Positions 1 through 12,113 of a DNA stretch of 64,000 nucleotides are shown here, one piece after another. Numbering within the stretch: the first letter of the stretch is position 1; each line of letters starts with the position of its first letter. Position numbers and translations under genes: made by a program. This DNA is from Lama glama. Lineage: Eukaryota. Where the stretch lies: positions 70,744,001-70,808,000 of the forward strand of contig CM052816.1 in NCBI GenBank assembly GCA_028534125.1, written 5' to 3'. The notes below the pieces were generated by a model. The model saw only the letters and a program-made list of their open reading frames with translations. It was not told the origin of the DNA and made no database searches.

Positions 1-119
1 GAAAGAAAAATATCATATGAGATTGCTTATATGTGGAATCTAAAAAAAAAAAAAGACAAAAAGAAAGAAAAAGACAAATGAACATGAAACAAAACAGAAA
101 CAGACTCATAGAAATAGAG
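1..119 (+). mobile_element. LINE-1 ORF2 end/3' UTR fragment, running off the window start
   Basis: gaaagaaaaatatcatatg...cttatatgtggaatctaaaaaa...aaacagaaacagactcatag aligns by eye with the L1 copy at ~46777-46890. Confidence 0.85.
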
Positions 120-509
120 TATGTTGAATCTTGAATGTCTTATAAGAGAGAAACAGTGTTGCACATCTTATAGAGTATAATGCTTGATCTTCTAAATGAT
201 GGCCTTGTGTTGTCAAGAAATTATTTTTGAATTAACATTTTAAATAGGCTGTCTGTAAGAGGAAACTTGTGAACATACAGCAAATAATTCCATTAAATTC
301 TTATAATGGTAATTCTTCCCTATCTGGAAAATTCATATGTACTAGATGTTTTTTCCCACATGATATTTGACAAATGTTTTTCCCTCTATATTATACATGT
401 TTTAAACATAGATGCAATACGGATTTCAATATAATTGTGTAAAGATAGAGTATTTTATAATATATGCTATAATTATCAAAGGCCTATGTTATGGTATATA
501 TTCCAAGTT

Positions 510-875
510 TTATATTTAATGAGAATTTTGTCTCCCCTAAATTTATATGTTGAGGCCCTAACATACAATGTGATTGTATTTGGCGACAGGACCTTTATGG
601 AAGGAATTAAGGTTAGATGAGGTCATAAGATCTTACCATCCTTTTAAGAAGAGACGCCAAAGAGTTCTCTCTCTCTCTCTTCCTCTATTTCACTCTCTCT
701 GCTACTTAAGGACACAACAAGAAGACAGTGTCTGCAAAGTAAGGAAGAAAGCTTTCACCTGACCTTAGCCATGCTTGTGTACAGATCTTGGATTTCTAGC
801 CCCCAGAACAGATCTCTGTTGTTTAAACCACCCAGTCTAAGGTATTTTAGTATGGCAGCTCAAGCTGACTAAGAA
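510..875 (+). mobile_element. MaLR solo LTR (MLT1A-like)
   Basis: Motifs aatttatatgttgaggccctaac, gtatttggcgacagg, aattaaggttagatgaggtcataag, and 3' end ctgttgtttaaaccacccagtct...ggcagctcaagctgactaaga. Confidence 0.8.
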
Positions 876-1077
876 AGTGTGTATCAATTGTAAGTGTCAT
901 AGGTTCTGAATTCAGAGGGCCTCATAAATTAGATTATTTTTAGTCATTATGAATAAATAATATATGTTTTCATAACCTTTTATAAGCATGATTTATCCTC
1001 TTAATGCTCCCTAAAGCTTTGTGATAATATCTTATTCCCAAGAAAACTTCACTTTATAGAAATTTGTTTATTTGTTG

Positions 1078-1119
1078 GCTGATTCACGTCACGGGCTGAG
1101 TCATAACTAGAGGGCAGTG
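1078..1119. promoter_or_regulatory. Candidate enhancer/insulator motif cluster (AP-1/CRE/ARE plus CTCF-like)
   Basis: gctgattca, cacgtca, gctgagtcat and taactagagggcagtg all lie within 42 bp. Confidence 0.4.
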
Positions 1120-1534
1120 ACCCTTATTGAATATATCTGAAAATATTTCTTACTCAAACACACTAAAGCTTACCTAAATTTAAATGCAGCTGAATGGTCC
1201 GATAATAAGTATTAATATAATTTATCTTTGCTATTATAGCTATAATCACAGTTTCCCATATACTATGTAAAGCCTCAGAATTCTCAGCTATGAGCTTCTG
1301 CACAACCCATTTGTTAACAATAAGGTCACAAATATAAGTGCAAGAGTACAGAAAGCACAGGATGCATGCAGACACAGTGATGGACCTTGTCTGCTTGTTT
1401 TCTTGAAATGCACACTTCACGATTTTGAGCAGAATCTCAAGACATTTCACCACTACAACCTTTGAGTCCAAAGTCTGATTTTCAGAACGGACTTCTTTGC
1501 GGAGGAGACAACATGACGCAAGGCAGAGCCCTCC

Positions 1535-1650
1535 AGGCCAGAAATTGGGAGGCTTCAGTTCTTGCTTATGCTGTGTTGCTAGTGAGGTCTGTGTCCTTGG
1601 GTGAGGTCTTTAGCCTGTTTAGGCCTTCATGTCCTCACTCATAGATAAAT
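1535..1650 (+). mobile_element. MIR SINE fragment
   Basis: tgtgtccttgggtgaggtctttagcctgtttaggccttcatgtcctcactc resembles the MIR core (gtgaccttgggcaagtcacttaacctctctgagcctcagtttcctcatc). Confidence 0.5.
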
Positions 1651-3899
1651 ACGTTGACCTGAGTCAGAGATTTTCGAACAGATCTCCATGGGGTGGGAGG
1701 CTGGGTGGGGTTAGACACCGTGGGGCTCTGCTCTTCCCGTTCTTTAAGCCAGAAACTCTGGTTTTATCTCCTAGGATTTCTTTAGGAGAAGGAGCTCTCG
1801 TTTTGTTTATTTAAGTTTTTCAGTGACTGAGCTTGATGACTTCAAATGTCTTTTTATAAAAAAAATTATTACTTGTAAGCAATTCTCTGATTCTGTATTT
1901 ATATTAATATCACAGCTGAACTGCTTAGATGATGGCCTTCTCCTAAATATCCATTTAGGCTAAAATATCATTATCTAAATTCAACACGTTATCATGTATT
2001 TTTGCAGATTCTATTTGTGTATGTAGCTCTGTGCTTGATAGCGTAGTTATTTGGTATAAATTAAAAAGGTTCTGTTTTTTCTACATTCAGGTATTTGATT
2101 CTGTGATTTCCCCACTGGAATTTTTTTCCTGGAATGCATTGGGATTTCTTGTAGAGACCTTTTATTGCTCCTCTCTAAAGCCTACAAGTTTGGTGTCACA
2201 TAAACGTAGAGAATATATTTAGTCTTAGTTGTGTTAGGATCAGTGCATTTTATAAAATTTTTGACGAGAACAAGTAACTTTGGGTAAATTAACCTCTGGA
2301 TTTTAGAGATTGTGTTTTGCCAGTATTATTGCAACTTTTCCAAAAGTAAACTAAATCGTGCAGCAGTGAAGATTTACAATTTTTAAAAGCTTACAGAACT
2401 TTGACAGACTGGTACTTATTTGAAGGGCTCACAGTTATTAGTAGGCAATAGGCATGGCCTTGAAGAAAGTCTGCTTTTAGGTCGTACACATATTCAGAAC
2501 ATTCTGAATTACTAAGTGATACCATGGCTAAGACAAAGGATTCTTTAAAAATAATCATCTACAAGATAAAACCCTTACAGACTTAATTTATGACATAGGG
2601 AATTGAAGATGTTACCTCGCAGCCTTGATGAAAAGCTAATTTAGCAGGAGCAACAGTAGATAAAAGGCACAGATAGAAGTGGTCAAAGGAAGGTGGCATA
2701 CTACATTAAAAGGTTCAGAAAGTGGGGGAAAAATGGTTAAATTAGAAATGAGAAGATGGACAGACCAACTAGCATTAGGCTGGCTGAAGACGTAGCTTTC
2801 TTTAAAATAGTGAATATGAGCTCTTTGCTGCCTAGCACGCATGGCACCTCACAGATCCATGTTTGGCATCTCCTTAGTCAGTGGGTGGGTTGGTGGGAAG
2901 AAGCAGCATCAGGATTAAGTCTAGCTTCCCATAGAAGACTCTGCCCTATGCATTGAAAGGAGACGCACAGCAGAGCCGTCTATCATTAGGCTAGAATCGT
3001 GGGAAAGGGAAAAATGAGGAGCAGTAGCTCTGGAGCATTAAGTGGGGCCAGTGTTGTGATATTCAGAGATATTAGGAGGGACACAGCAGATCATTGCTCT
3101 CAGTCTATTTCACAATCGATAAAAGTGAAAGCAAAGTACTTAAAATGAAGAATAAAAAGTGCTCTTGGATTTTAAAAAAGGAAGCCGGTAGAGGTTAGAT
3201 ACGAAGGATGATGCCAAACAGCACTGAGAAAAGAGATTGAAGAATGTGAGATAAAAAGGGAACTTGCAAACTTTCTTCTAGAACATTTGACTCATCAAAC
3301 AGTCATAAATTTGGGTCTCTTAATATGTTCTGTCTGGTTATCTTTATTGAGTTTACTTTATTACAGCTTTTTGCTGGTTATTACATCTACCTCAGCAAAC
3401 GAAGGCTGAGAAGTGCTCCACATGAAATATTCATTGGGTTTATAACCTTAATATTAAAAGTAAAAGCTAAAGTAAAAAGCCGGAGTGAGAAAGAGTTTTA
3501 GTGTCCATTTTATGTATTTGAAATCGTGGTGAGGGTTTAAAATGGGATTCAGCACAGGGAGGAGAAAGCTAACGGGAAAGAACTATATGGAAAGATCTTG
3601 AGAGCAAAGACCACTTTTAAAGTGGAAGTCTGAGGAAATGGGGGGAAAAATGAAAGAGACAAAAGAATCTGAAGAATTGAAAACTGTTAGGATGAAGCCA
3701 AGATGAGACTTCAGTGAGCCAGTGTGGGAAATTGCTGCTAAAGGACATGGAGGGTTTCAGAGACTTTTGCCTGAAAAGGAGTATAGCCCCTCGGCTTCAT
3801 CACACAGCATATAAGTTATAAAAGAGCCTAGCAAAGAAGGCCTCAAAAAGGGGCAGAGTTCATTTTAATTAGCAAGATAATTATAGTAGAGGGGAAGGG

Positions 3900-4095
3900 G
3901 CCATCCATTGAGCACCTACCCTGTACCACACATTATATGCTATTTATTTAGCTTAGTTCTTGCCAACAGGCATTAACTATTTTATAAAAAGGAAAACCAA
4001 GACTAAGAGTTAAGCAGTTTCCTCAAAGTCATAATCTGGAGTAAAATAACTGAGATGTGAGCTGAGATCTTTAGAGCCCAGGACTTTTTACAACA
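3900..4095 (-). mobile_element. MIR SINE
   Basis: cattgagcacctac...tttataaaaaggaaaaccaagact...gttaagcagtttcctcaaagtcat matches the antisense MIR core. Confidence 0.6.
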
Positions 4096-4384
4096 TTTTA
4101 CTGCTGCCCATCCAACTGCCCCTTGAATCTCCCATAATCCAAAATGGAAAGCAAGTAGCAGTGATGGCCTCTACCCTACACCACTCCGCCTGCTGCCAGT
4201 GTTGAATTAGAAGCAAACGAGTGCTCCAGATAAAGACACTCTAAATGGGTTAAATAAAATGCAGTAAGGAAACTACAGCCTGTTATCTATCTGTTCAGAA
4301 AGGAAAAAGAAAAAGAAAATGCAAGGACCAGAGAGATCCTTTTGCTGAAGGCAAGCAGGCTCAGACACAAAGGATACCCTAAAG

Positions 4385-4560
4385 CAGTGGTTCTCAGGAT
4401 TCTCAACCCTGGCTTCATGCTGGAATAACTAAGGCGCTTTAAAAAAATCTTCATGTCTTTGTTCCACCCTAGAGATTCTAAATTGGACTTTTTTCCCATT
4501 GGATTTAATTGGAACCTCCCCAAGTGATTATAATATGTAACAAAGTTCAAGAACCAATAC
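4385..4560. mobile_element. hAT-Charlie MITE (MER5-like)
   Basis: Starts gcagtggttctca and ends ...caagaaccaat; internal ccaccctagagattct and cctccccaagtgattataat. Confidence 0.65.
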
Positions 4561-5011
4561 TCTACAAGTTGAGTTTAATAAGGAAGCTCATGCATTCCAG
4601 TCTTCAAACAAACAGAATTCATCTTTGCATCCCCCTGTTAGTCTAGTGTCTTATGAATAATAGGTACCTAATAAATGTTTGGAGAATTAACTTGATGAGC
4701 AGCAGAAAATGATACATGTGCAGCTCTGCTCCTCTGTACTCTGGGTAGCTGATAGCGTCTCTCAAACTATATTATTCCCAGAAATGTTTTATGCTTCTAG
4801 CAAACAAGCCTCTGAAGAACTGTGTATAAGGAAATTTCTGAATTAAGTCATATTTGTGATCCCTCATCTGTTGCCAGTGTTCTTTTGTGTAGAAACCCCA
4901 TGGTGTAAACACTGTGGGAATCTCGAAGACTCTTTTCCTCTTCCCTTGGCCAAGAGCCACACCTCAGTCAATCTTGATTCCTTCAGGGAAGCTGACCTCT
5001 GGTGGCCAGAT

Positions 5012-5250
5012 AGGCAGCATACCATCATAGTTAAGAGGATGGAATCAAGACTTCCTGAGTTCAAACCCACAGCCTGTTTGCTGTCTTTGTAACCTTGGGA
5101 AGTTACTTAGCCTGATGTCTCTCAGCTTCCCCATCTATACCATAGCATGAGGCTGTAAGGATACTTACCTCCCGGGGATCTGGGGAGGCTCATATGAGTC
5201 CGTGTTTGTGAAATACTGAAAACAGTGCCATGTTACATGGGAAGAGCCAT
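5012..5250 (+). mobile_element. MIR SINE, near full length
   Basis: gagttcaaaccc (B-box-like)...gtaaccttgggaagttacttagcct...ctcagcttccccatctata...acttacctc...aaacagtgcc. Confidence 0.75.
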
Positions 5251-8200
5251 ATAATTGTATGCTATGGTTATGGAGAGAATATTTTCTTAACATGAGTTCA
5301 TAGTGTACATCAGCTCCCATCAATACTTTGGGGGAAGAGTTTTAACAAATGTTAATCTAACAGAATTTATAGGAGTATGATGCAGAGGATTTTCAGTTGC
5401 TAAGAGGATTTTCAAGTATTGCTGAGAACAGGTGTTAGATGGGCAATGGAGATGGTTTGGTTTTACCATTTGCTCTTTACTTCGTTCATTTTACATTGAG
5501 GCCAACATCACTGGACACAATACAGCCAAGATCTATATGGATAAAATGCACAATCAGTTACTGTAAAACCAGTAGTAAAATACAAAAGGCTGGACGTAGC
5601 CATCCTTTGGTCGTTTTTTTTCCCCGCTTTTTATTTGTTTTTTTGTTTTTTTGTTTTTGCTGTCCTTTTGCTTTCAGATAGAAACAAGGCAAGAAGGGCA
5701 GTAGCTGCAGCTTGTGGAGAGAAGTTGGTTGGTTGTGCCATGATTTTGAAGAATCCTACGTCTTATCCCCACTTCATCAGGCAAGGGGCTGGGAGTTGGG
5801 GTGAAACCTTTTAAAGTAGGAAGAACGGGAGCTGGCATCTCGGTAAAGGTCGTGAGGGAGTGAAATCTGTAATTCAGGAAAGCATCCAGGTTAAACTTCA
5901 TAAAGGCTTATCTAACTCGGTGAAGAAGATGATAAAAGTGAGTTTGCTGGAAGAGAATGTAAAAGAGTAAGAAAATCATTTATATTAAATTGTAAGTGCT
6001 ATGAAACTTTAAAGGTGGACATAAACCTTAATCCAAATGGCAATGAATCTCCTAATAGACATCAGCGTGAAATTCCCTGTAAAGTTAATATCTTCCTTTA
6101 GCTGGACTCTCAAGGAGGTAATAGCTCAAATGATAGAATCTGAGAGTTGAGGATGGTTTATTTTGGGTCTCCAGCTGTGATTCTTCTGGATTTCAAAATG
6201 ACGGCCTTGATATTTATTTTTTCTCTTGGGAAAGAAGGGAAAAAATCCTTTACTGCATTCCCACTGTCTAGGATATTAGCTGTTACAATTCCTATTGGCT
6301 GACCTCATGAAAGAGGACATTGCATTTGACCAACTCAGCCTTTCTTCCCCCTTTCTCACTGTAGATGTTACTGTACAACACACACTGAATATTGGATTAG
6401 TCTTTGAGAAGCACTGTAACATGACCTGCACAAAGAGACAAGTAACTCTATACTGTTTCCTTCCAAGTTTCAATTGGCACAGATAAAATTCCCATGTGTT
6501 ATAAAATTACAGTTATAGTTTGGGACTTTTTTGGAACATGCCTCATTTAGGTTTGGCTTAAAACATTAATCTGCTCTTTAACAACAACAACAAAAAGAAA
6601 TACTGTGACATGCCATTTTTCATGCAGTTAATCTATTGACTAGTCTACAAGACCCAAGCAAATCAAAGAAAATTAGCCATCGTAGTTTGTATTCATCAAT
6701 GATAAACTCATCCTTGAAATTGCTTAGAACATGATTAAGGGCTCGCAAAAGAAAACGAAAGGTTTTTCTTTGTTAAAAGAACAAAAGAAACTTCTCTCCA
6801 CCTCTAACTAATTTTAAGTCACCAATAGTTTCTCTGTGTTTGTTTTTGTAGATCACATGCGTGATTTAGCTGAATTCTTCTGGATGTAAAAAAAAGAAGC
6901 TTTGACACAGACACAAAATGTTAATACTTTGGATTATTGCTCTATGTCTCAGTTCCCTAAATCAGGAATACAGCAAGGCTACATAGGTTTGAGATGGTTT
7001 GAAATATGTTGAGTGGGGCACTAACGTGGAATTAGTAAATTTCAAAAAAAAAAGGAGAACTAGATTACAAAATAGCAGAGAATCCTAGATTAGTAAGCAA
7101 TGCAGAAATATTTATTTCATGCTTACTCTTCACAAGCATAATCTATCTGTAACTGAAGTGGAAATGGTAAAGTTGACAGCATTTAACTCCATGACCTGAG
7201 TCCCTACAGCTGACCGCAGTATTTAATCATGGCTCACTGTAAATAGCAGATTAAAGAAATTCTAAGCAGTAGGAGAGGTGCAAACCCCAAACTGAAAGAA
7301 CGTATTCACCTCCACAAAGGCAAGAAGCTTAGCGAATCCTTATAGCCCATTGCTAAGGGGAGGAAGGTGTGTAGTCACAGGTGTTACAGAGGCTACCGCC
7401 TGGGGGAAAGCCCCCAGTTCTGAAGTTTCTGGCTTTACACAAATGTCTGTAGTCAGACTTAGTTTCAGAAAAAAAGTTAATACAACTGACATGTAGTTTA
7501 GGATGTCTGTGTTTTAGCAGAAGTTTTGAAAGGCTGTGGACAGAAGAATAGCAAAGAGCCCTCCCTCTGTGGTTTTTTTGCATGTCTGTGTCACAGATGA
7601 CCTCTTCTCTTCAGTCCTGGGCCACAGCGTAGCTCTGGCTCTGCAGAAATTTAGGCCCTTAGCACCTTTCTGGCTGAATCTGGAGCCTTTTAATTATTCT
7701 CTTCTGTCCCAGCACTGCCCAGGACAGATCCCACTGAGCAGGAGGAGAGGGATGTTTAAGCATAGTCTCTGTAAGTAGTCAGTGAACAGTCAGAGCCCAG
7801 GGACGCCTGTTCCTACCTCTTCCAGAAGAAATCTAAAAGGATTTATAAGTCTAGACTCTCTGCTTGTAAATAGGAAACTCAGTTTGGGACTTCCTTGGAG
7901 ATAAACCAGGAATGTATCTGCTGGCCGAAACAGAAGCACTTGGTAATTGCCTTGCCACACCTCAAAAAGAGGAAATGTTAATCCCAAGGAAAAGAGCACT
8001 TGCTCTCCATAAAGCCCTTTCTAGCCCACAGAGGTGAACCCAGCATGGTCCAGGAACTGCTTGTGGGTGTGGCCACTTCCCCAGAAAGAACAACTCCTTC
8101 ACTGAAGCTGGACATGAGAGCTCAGGTTCTTAGGAATAGTAGTTCTCCTAAAGTGGAGTTGAAAACTTTGTCTTATCAACAAAAATTTCACAGGGTGTGC

Positions 8201-9031
8201 TCCCATTCCCCAGGAGGAATTTTTGAAACAGGAAAGGGCATTTTTGGTTGTCATAGTGATAGGAGGTGTGGTGCATTAAAGACAGACACAAATTCTTTGC
8301 TGCTCTGTGGGTTGAAAGGTGGGGTCTATATCCTTCTCCTTCAATGGGTGGGCTTTGTAAATGCTTGACAGAAGAAATGGTGTGCCTGTCTCTGGGGCCT
8401 AGCCTTAAGGGACTGGTGGCTTTCCTTTTACTCCCTCAGAGTACTCACTTGTGGTGCCCTGACCCACCATACAAGAAGTCTGTCTGATCTTCAGGAGAGA
8501 CCAGATGGAAGCTGTCCTACATGGTCAGCACTCTAGCTGTCCTTGCTGAAGCTACATGCAAGATTTGGGGGTAGTGCTTCCTCACTCATACGCCTATAGG
8601 ATGAGGCAGCGAGTAGAAGTTGGATAGACCTCAAGGAAGCCATTAGTTAAAGCTGACAGGTCCTTTAAGAGACTCTTGATGAGGCTTAAAAACATGGGAT
8701 TGTGTTGTTATGTAGTGGCAGGAAGCTTAGTGAAGCTGTTGCCTACAGTCATGTGGGAAATAGAAGAGGTATCAAGTAAACTGGTGTATCAGGTAAAGTT
8801 TTTAAGTGGAATCCCTGAAGTACCAACTTGCTTATTTTTGCTGCATATGATAAATTAGGAAAAAGGGAGATGAGCTAAATAGAACTGTTCATGTTTTGAG
8901 CAACATTTAGAGAAAATATAAAGAATTTAGGATTTGCTGAGTTAAAAACAAAGTAGGGGGATGTTTTTCATCCCAGTTGCTCTGAGCAAAATATCATCAA
9001 AGAAATTCCTTTAAGGTAAGGATCAAATCAG

Positions 9032-9281
9032 AGATAAATTGGGAGTCCAAGATTTGCAGATACTATTATATACAAAATAGATAAAAAGCAAGTTTATACT
9101 CTATAGCACAAGGAGCTAGATTCAATATTTTGTAACCTACAATAAGAAAGAATATGAAAAGGAATATATATATGTGTGTCTGTGTGTGTGTGTGTATGTG
9201 TGACTGAAACATTATGCTACACTCCAGAAATTGACACAACATTGTAAATTGACTATACTTCAATAAAAAAAGAAAAGAAAA
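9032..9281 (+). mobile_element. 5'-truncated young L1 3' end with TSD
   Basis: Homologous to 46935-47150 and ends in an A-rich tail. TSD aaggatcaa(a/c)tcag at 9018-9031 and 9282-9295. Confidence 0.9.
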
Positions 9282-9778
9282 AAGGATCAACTCAGGATGT
9301 AGGTGGCTATAAGACTATTTGTTAAGGTCTCAGAAAGATTTAAGGCAGAACCTCATATACCTTCTAAGTATTTTAAAGGCATGTTTCTTAAACCTTTTCA
9401 ACTGGACTTTAGTATATTCAAGAATATTAAGTATATTATCCCACAGTGATTTCTTAGGAATAGTATAAGAAAGCTTGTATTGGAAAGAAATATGGTTGTG
9501 ACTTTTGTTTAACAAAGTTGGTTATAAACCAATATGTAAGAAACCCACATGTTTTAAAAGAAATAGCATCAGTTTGGACTGAAGGAGCAGAACTGTGCAA
9601 AATGGAAAGAGGTCTTTAGACCCCAAACCTAGCTAGAAACCTGGGTTACTTAGCTGCAAAAGTAAGTTATTTTGAATGGAAAAGGAAGAATGACTGGAAT
9701 TAAGAGCCCAAAAAGTGGAGCCAAGAGCTGCAGACAATCTTTACCTGGAAGCAGAGCTGGGCACTAATCTAGAGAATG

Positions 9779-10131
9779 TGTTTTGCTCTCTTTGGGCTAC
9801 CGTAACAGAACATCATAAACTGGGTAGTTCAAACAACAGAAATTTCTCACAGTTCTGGATCCTCGCAAGTCCAAGATCAAGGTACAGGCAGACTCAGTTC
9901 CTGATGAGAGGCCTCTTCCTGGCTGACAGATGGCTGACTTCTTGCTGTGACTTCATGTGACAGAGAGAGAGAGAGAGAAAATTCTTTCATATCTAATCCC
10001 ATCATGAGGGTTCCAGCCTCATGGCCTAATTACCTCCTAAGGACCCCATCTCCTAATACCATTGCACTAGGGGTTAGGGCTTCAATGTATGAGTTTGGGA
10101 AGAGGGGGACACAATTCAGATCTTAGTAGCA
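9779..10131 (-). mobile_element. MaLR solo LTR (MLT1A0-like) nested in the older MaLR internal region
   Basis: aaacaacagaaatttctcacagttctgga...aagtccaagatcaagg...ctaatcccatcatgaggg...ggttagggcttcaatgtatgagtttgg. Confidence 0.8.
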
Positions 10132-10828
10132 TACGTGCAATGAATTTCAAAATATCTATGGACCAAAGACTGCTGTGTGCCTCTCATTCTCTCCTTTTTG
10201 AATGGCAGTATCCACTGAAGTCATCTCTGTCCCAGCATTGTTATGGTGGATGTGTGGGGGGGCAGATATTCACACAGAGAAGAATGCTACTTGAGCTGTA
10301 CCTGAGATAACTGTATTTGAAGAACCTCACCTGCACCTGAACCTTGTAGAGATGAAAAGCTCTTAGGCCTTAAAGGGTGGGAGTTTGGGGAAGGATAAGA
10401 AAGTAATTTTCCATGTGAGAGGAATGTAAATTTTGTAGTGATATGGTAGATTATGATAAATCAAAGATGTCTGCAGTTTATTTTTTGCTATCTCCATTGA
10501 GAGAGGGGGGTCTGTTTCTTCTCCTCTTGAATCTGAGAAGTATCTCTGACTCCATGAATTATAGAATACAATGAAAGTGCCAGTTTCTGGCCCAGGATGT
10601 AGAAGATGAATAGTTTCCGTGTTCCTGTTCTTAGAACACTTGTGCAGGAAACTCTGAACTACCACGCAAGAAGGTGAGCTATCTTGGCGGTTAGTGCGTG
10701 GGTACCAGGGATGCTGTACCTCCAAAACAGTGGGGCAGTCGTGCCACATGGAAAATTGTTACACTTGTCTTTCGAATGTTCTATAAGGCATTCATGTGTG
10801 TAAAAAGCATATTTAAAATTTTCTAAAT

Positions 10829-11002
10829 TGTGATTCTTAAACTTTGGCCTCCAAACCAACAGCACCATCATCATCTGAGAAATTGTTTGGATGCAGATTT
10901 TGGGGCCCCACTCCAGACGTACTGAATCAAAAACTCAGGTGTGAGACCAAGAAATCCATGTTTTATCAAGCCTCTGTTGCACATTAACGTTGAGAACCAC
11001 GG
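10829..11002. mobile_element. MER5A-like hAT MITE
   Basis: cagcaccatcatcatctgagaaattg...gccccactccagacgtactgaatcaaaaactc...ttgagaaccac. Confidence 0.75.
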
Positions 11003-12091
11003 ATCTAAGTTTAGAGCTCAACTTTATAGTATACACCCAATTTACCAAAAATGCAGTGCTGTATAAGTTGAGGGAAGGTTTTATAATACCTTGTTGAGGC
11101 CTTTATCAAGAGATGTCAATCATTTTAGAAAATCACAATGTTTATGGTGTTAAGCTGTATATGGCTGTGTATGTAACACATACATTGATCTGCTTTTGTA
11201 TCTGTCTATTTGATAGTTTGATAGACTTAAGTAACTGAATACTTCATTGCAATTTCAAATATAATAGTGCCTGAGCATTTACATTTTTAAATACATATTG
11301 TTTTATTTTAAATTACTTTGATTTCTTCATCAGTTTATAGTTAGGCTTTACATCAATTCTTAAGAACTGCATGAAGTCATGCCATGTTATTTAATGATTT
11401 TATTTTAGGATGGTATATTATACAATTCTTTGTTTAGAAGATGGTGGAGTATTGGGTATAATAGGATTGAGAACCGCTGTTGTAGGAGATTCATGACAGC
11501 CCATAACATTAGTGTAGGGAATGTTGAAGATACTGTAGATCACCAAATTGACCTCAGAATATGTCTGAATCCCAGATTTCTGATGATATCCCTTGGATCA
11601 GAAGAGCTGATGGAGAAGCATTTGAATCTAAAGATTAATACCTTACAAATTGAGCCACCCACCTATAACTTATAAGAAAAAAAAAGGATTGTCATTTTGC
11701 TTCAGATTTTTAAAAGAAAACAAACAGAACACTAAAAATAAGTGTAACTTTTTATTTCTCTGAAATCCTCTTTTCCTCTTTCTTTCCTTTTTTCTTAAGA
11801 AGAAAGTATTATCATAAACTAGATGTAGAGTCAACCCATGTGGTTATACCTTTGTTACATATATATGTATTCATAAACAATAAGAATTTCATACTATTTT
11901 TATACTTACTCAAATAATGCCATGCTCTAGATGACATTCTGCAGTTTGCTCTTTCCTTACTGTTACGTTGTGAAGATTTACTTCTGATATTTACAGATTT
12001 ATTCCACTTACTCAAACTTTTGTGTATTATTTCATCCTACCAACTACCAGTTTTTCAAACCTTCACCTTTTAAAGGATAAGTAACCTTAAT

Positions 12092-12113
12092 ACACACACA
12101 CACACACACACAC
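12092..12113. repeat. (AC)11 microsatellite
   Basis: Read directly from the sequence. Confidence 0.95.

Larger units (their letters stand above)
8267..10690 (+). mobile_element. Old MaLR provirus remnant (MLT1G/H-type LTR, internal region, LTR)
   Basis: Two related LTR starts (8267 tgtggtgcattaaagacagacacaaattctttg...gaaaggtggggtcta; ~10442 tatggtagatt...ccattgagagaggggggtctg...cttgaatctg) flank MLT1-int-like sequence (ggaccaaagactgctgtgtgcctc...gaacctcacctgcacctg). Confidence 0.7.
8137..11479 (+). mobile_element. MER20B-like hAT-Charlie element split into three pieces (~8137-8266, ~10690-10825, ~11005-11479)
   Basis: Decayed TIRs tagtagttctc and gagaaccgctg. Internal motifs in the expected order: gcatttttggttgtcatagtga, ccagggatgct, ttcgaatgtt..cattcatgt, gtgcctgagcatttacat. 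Confidence 0.7.

Noticed and set aside
1163..1471. 102-aa minus-strand ORF that runs through a donor-like ttag|gtaagc near its end
   Set aside because: Non-ATG start, no recognisable domain, no convincing acceptor; this length is expected by chance.
5161..5170. ATACTTACCT, identical to the U1 snRNA 5' end
   Set aside because: Only 10 nt match, the downstream sequence is not U1, and it lies inside a MIR.
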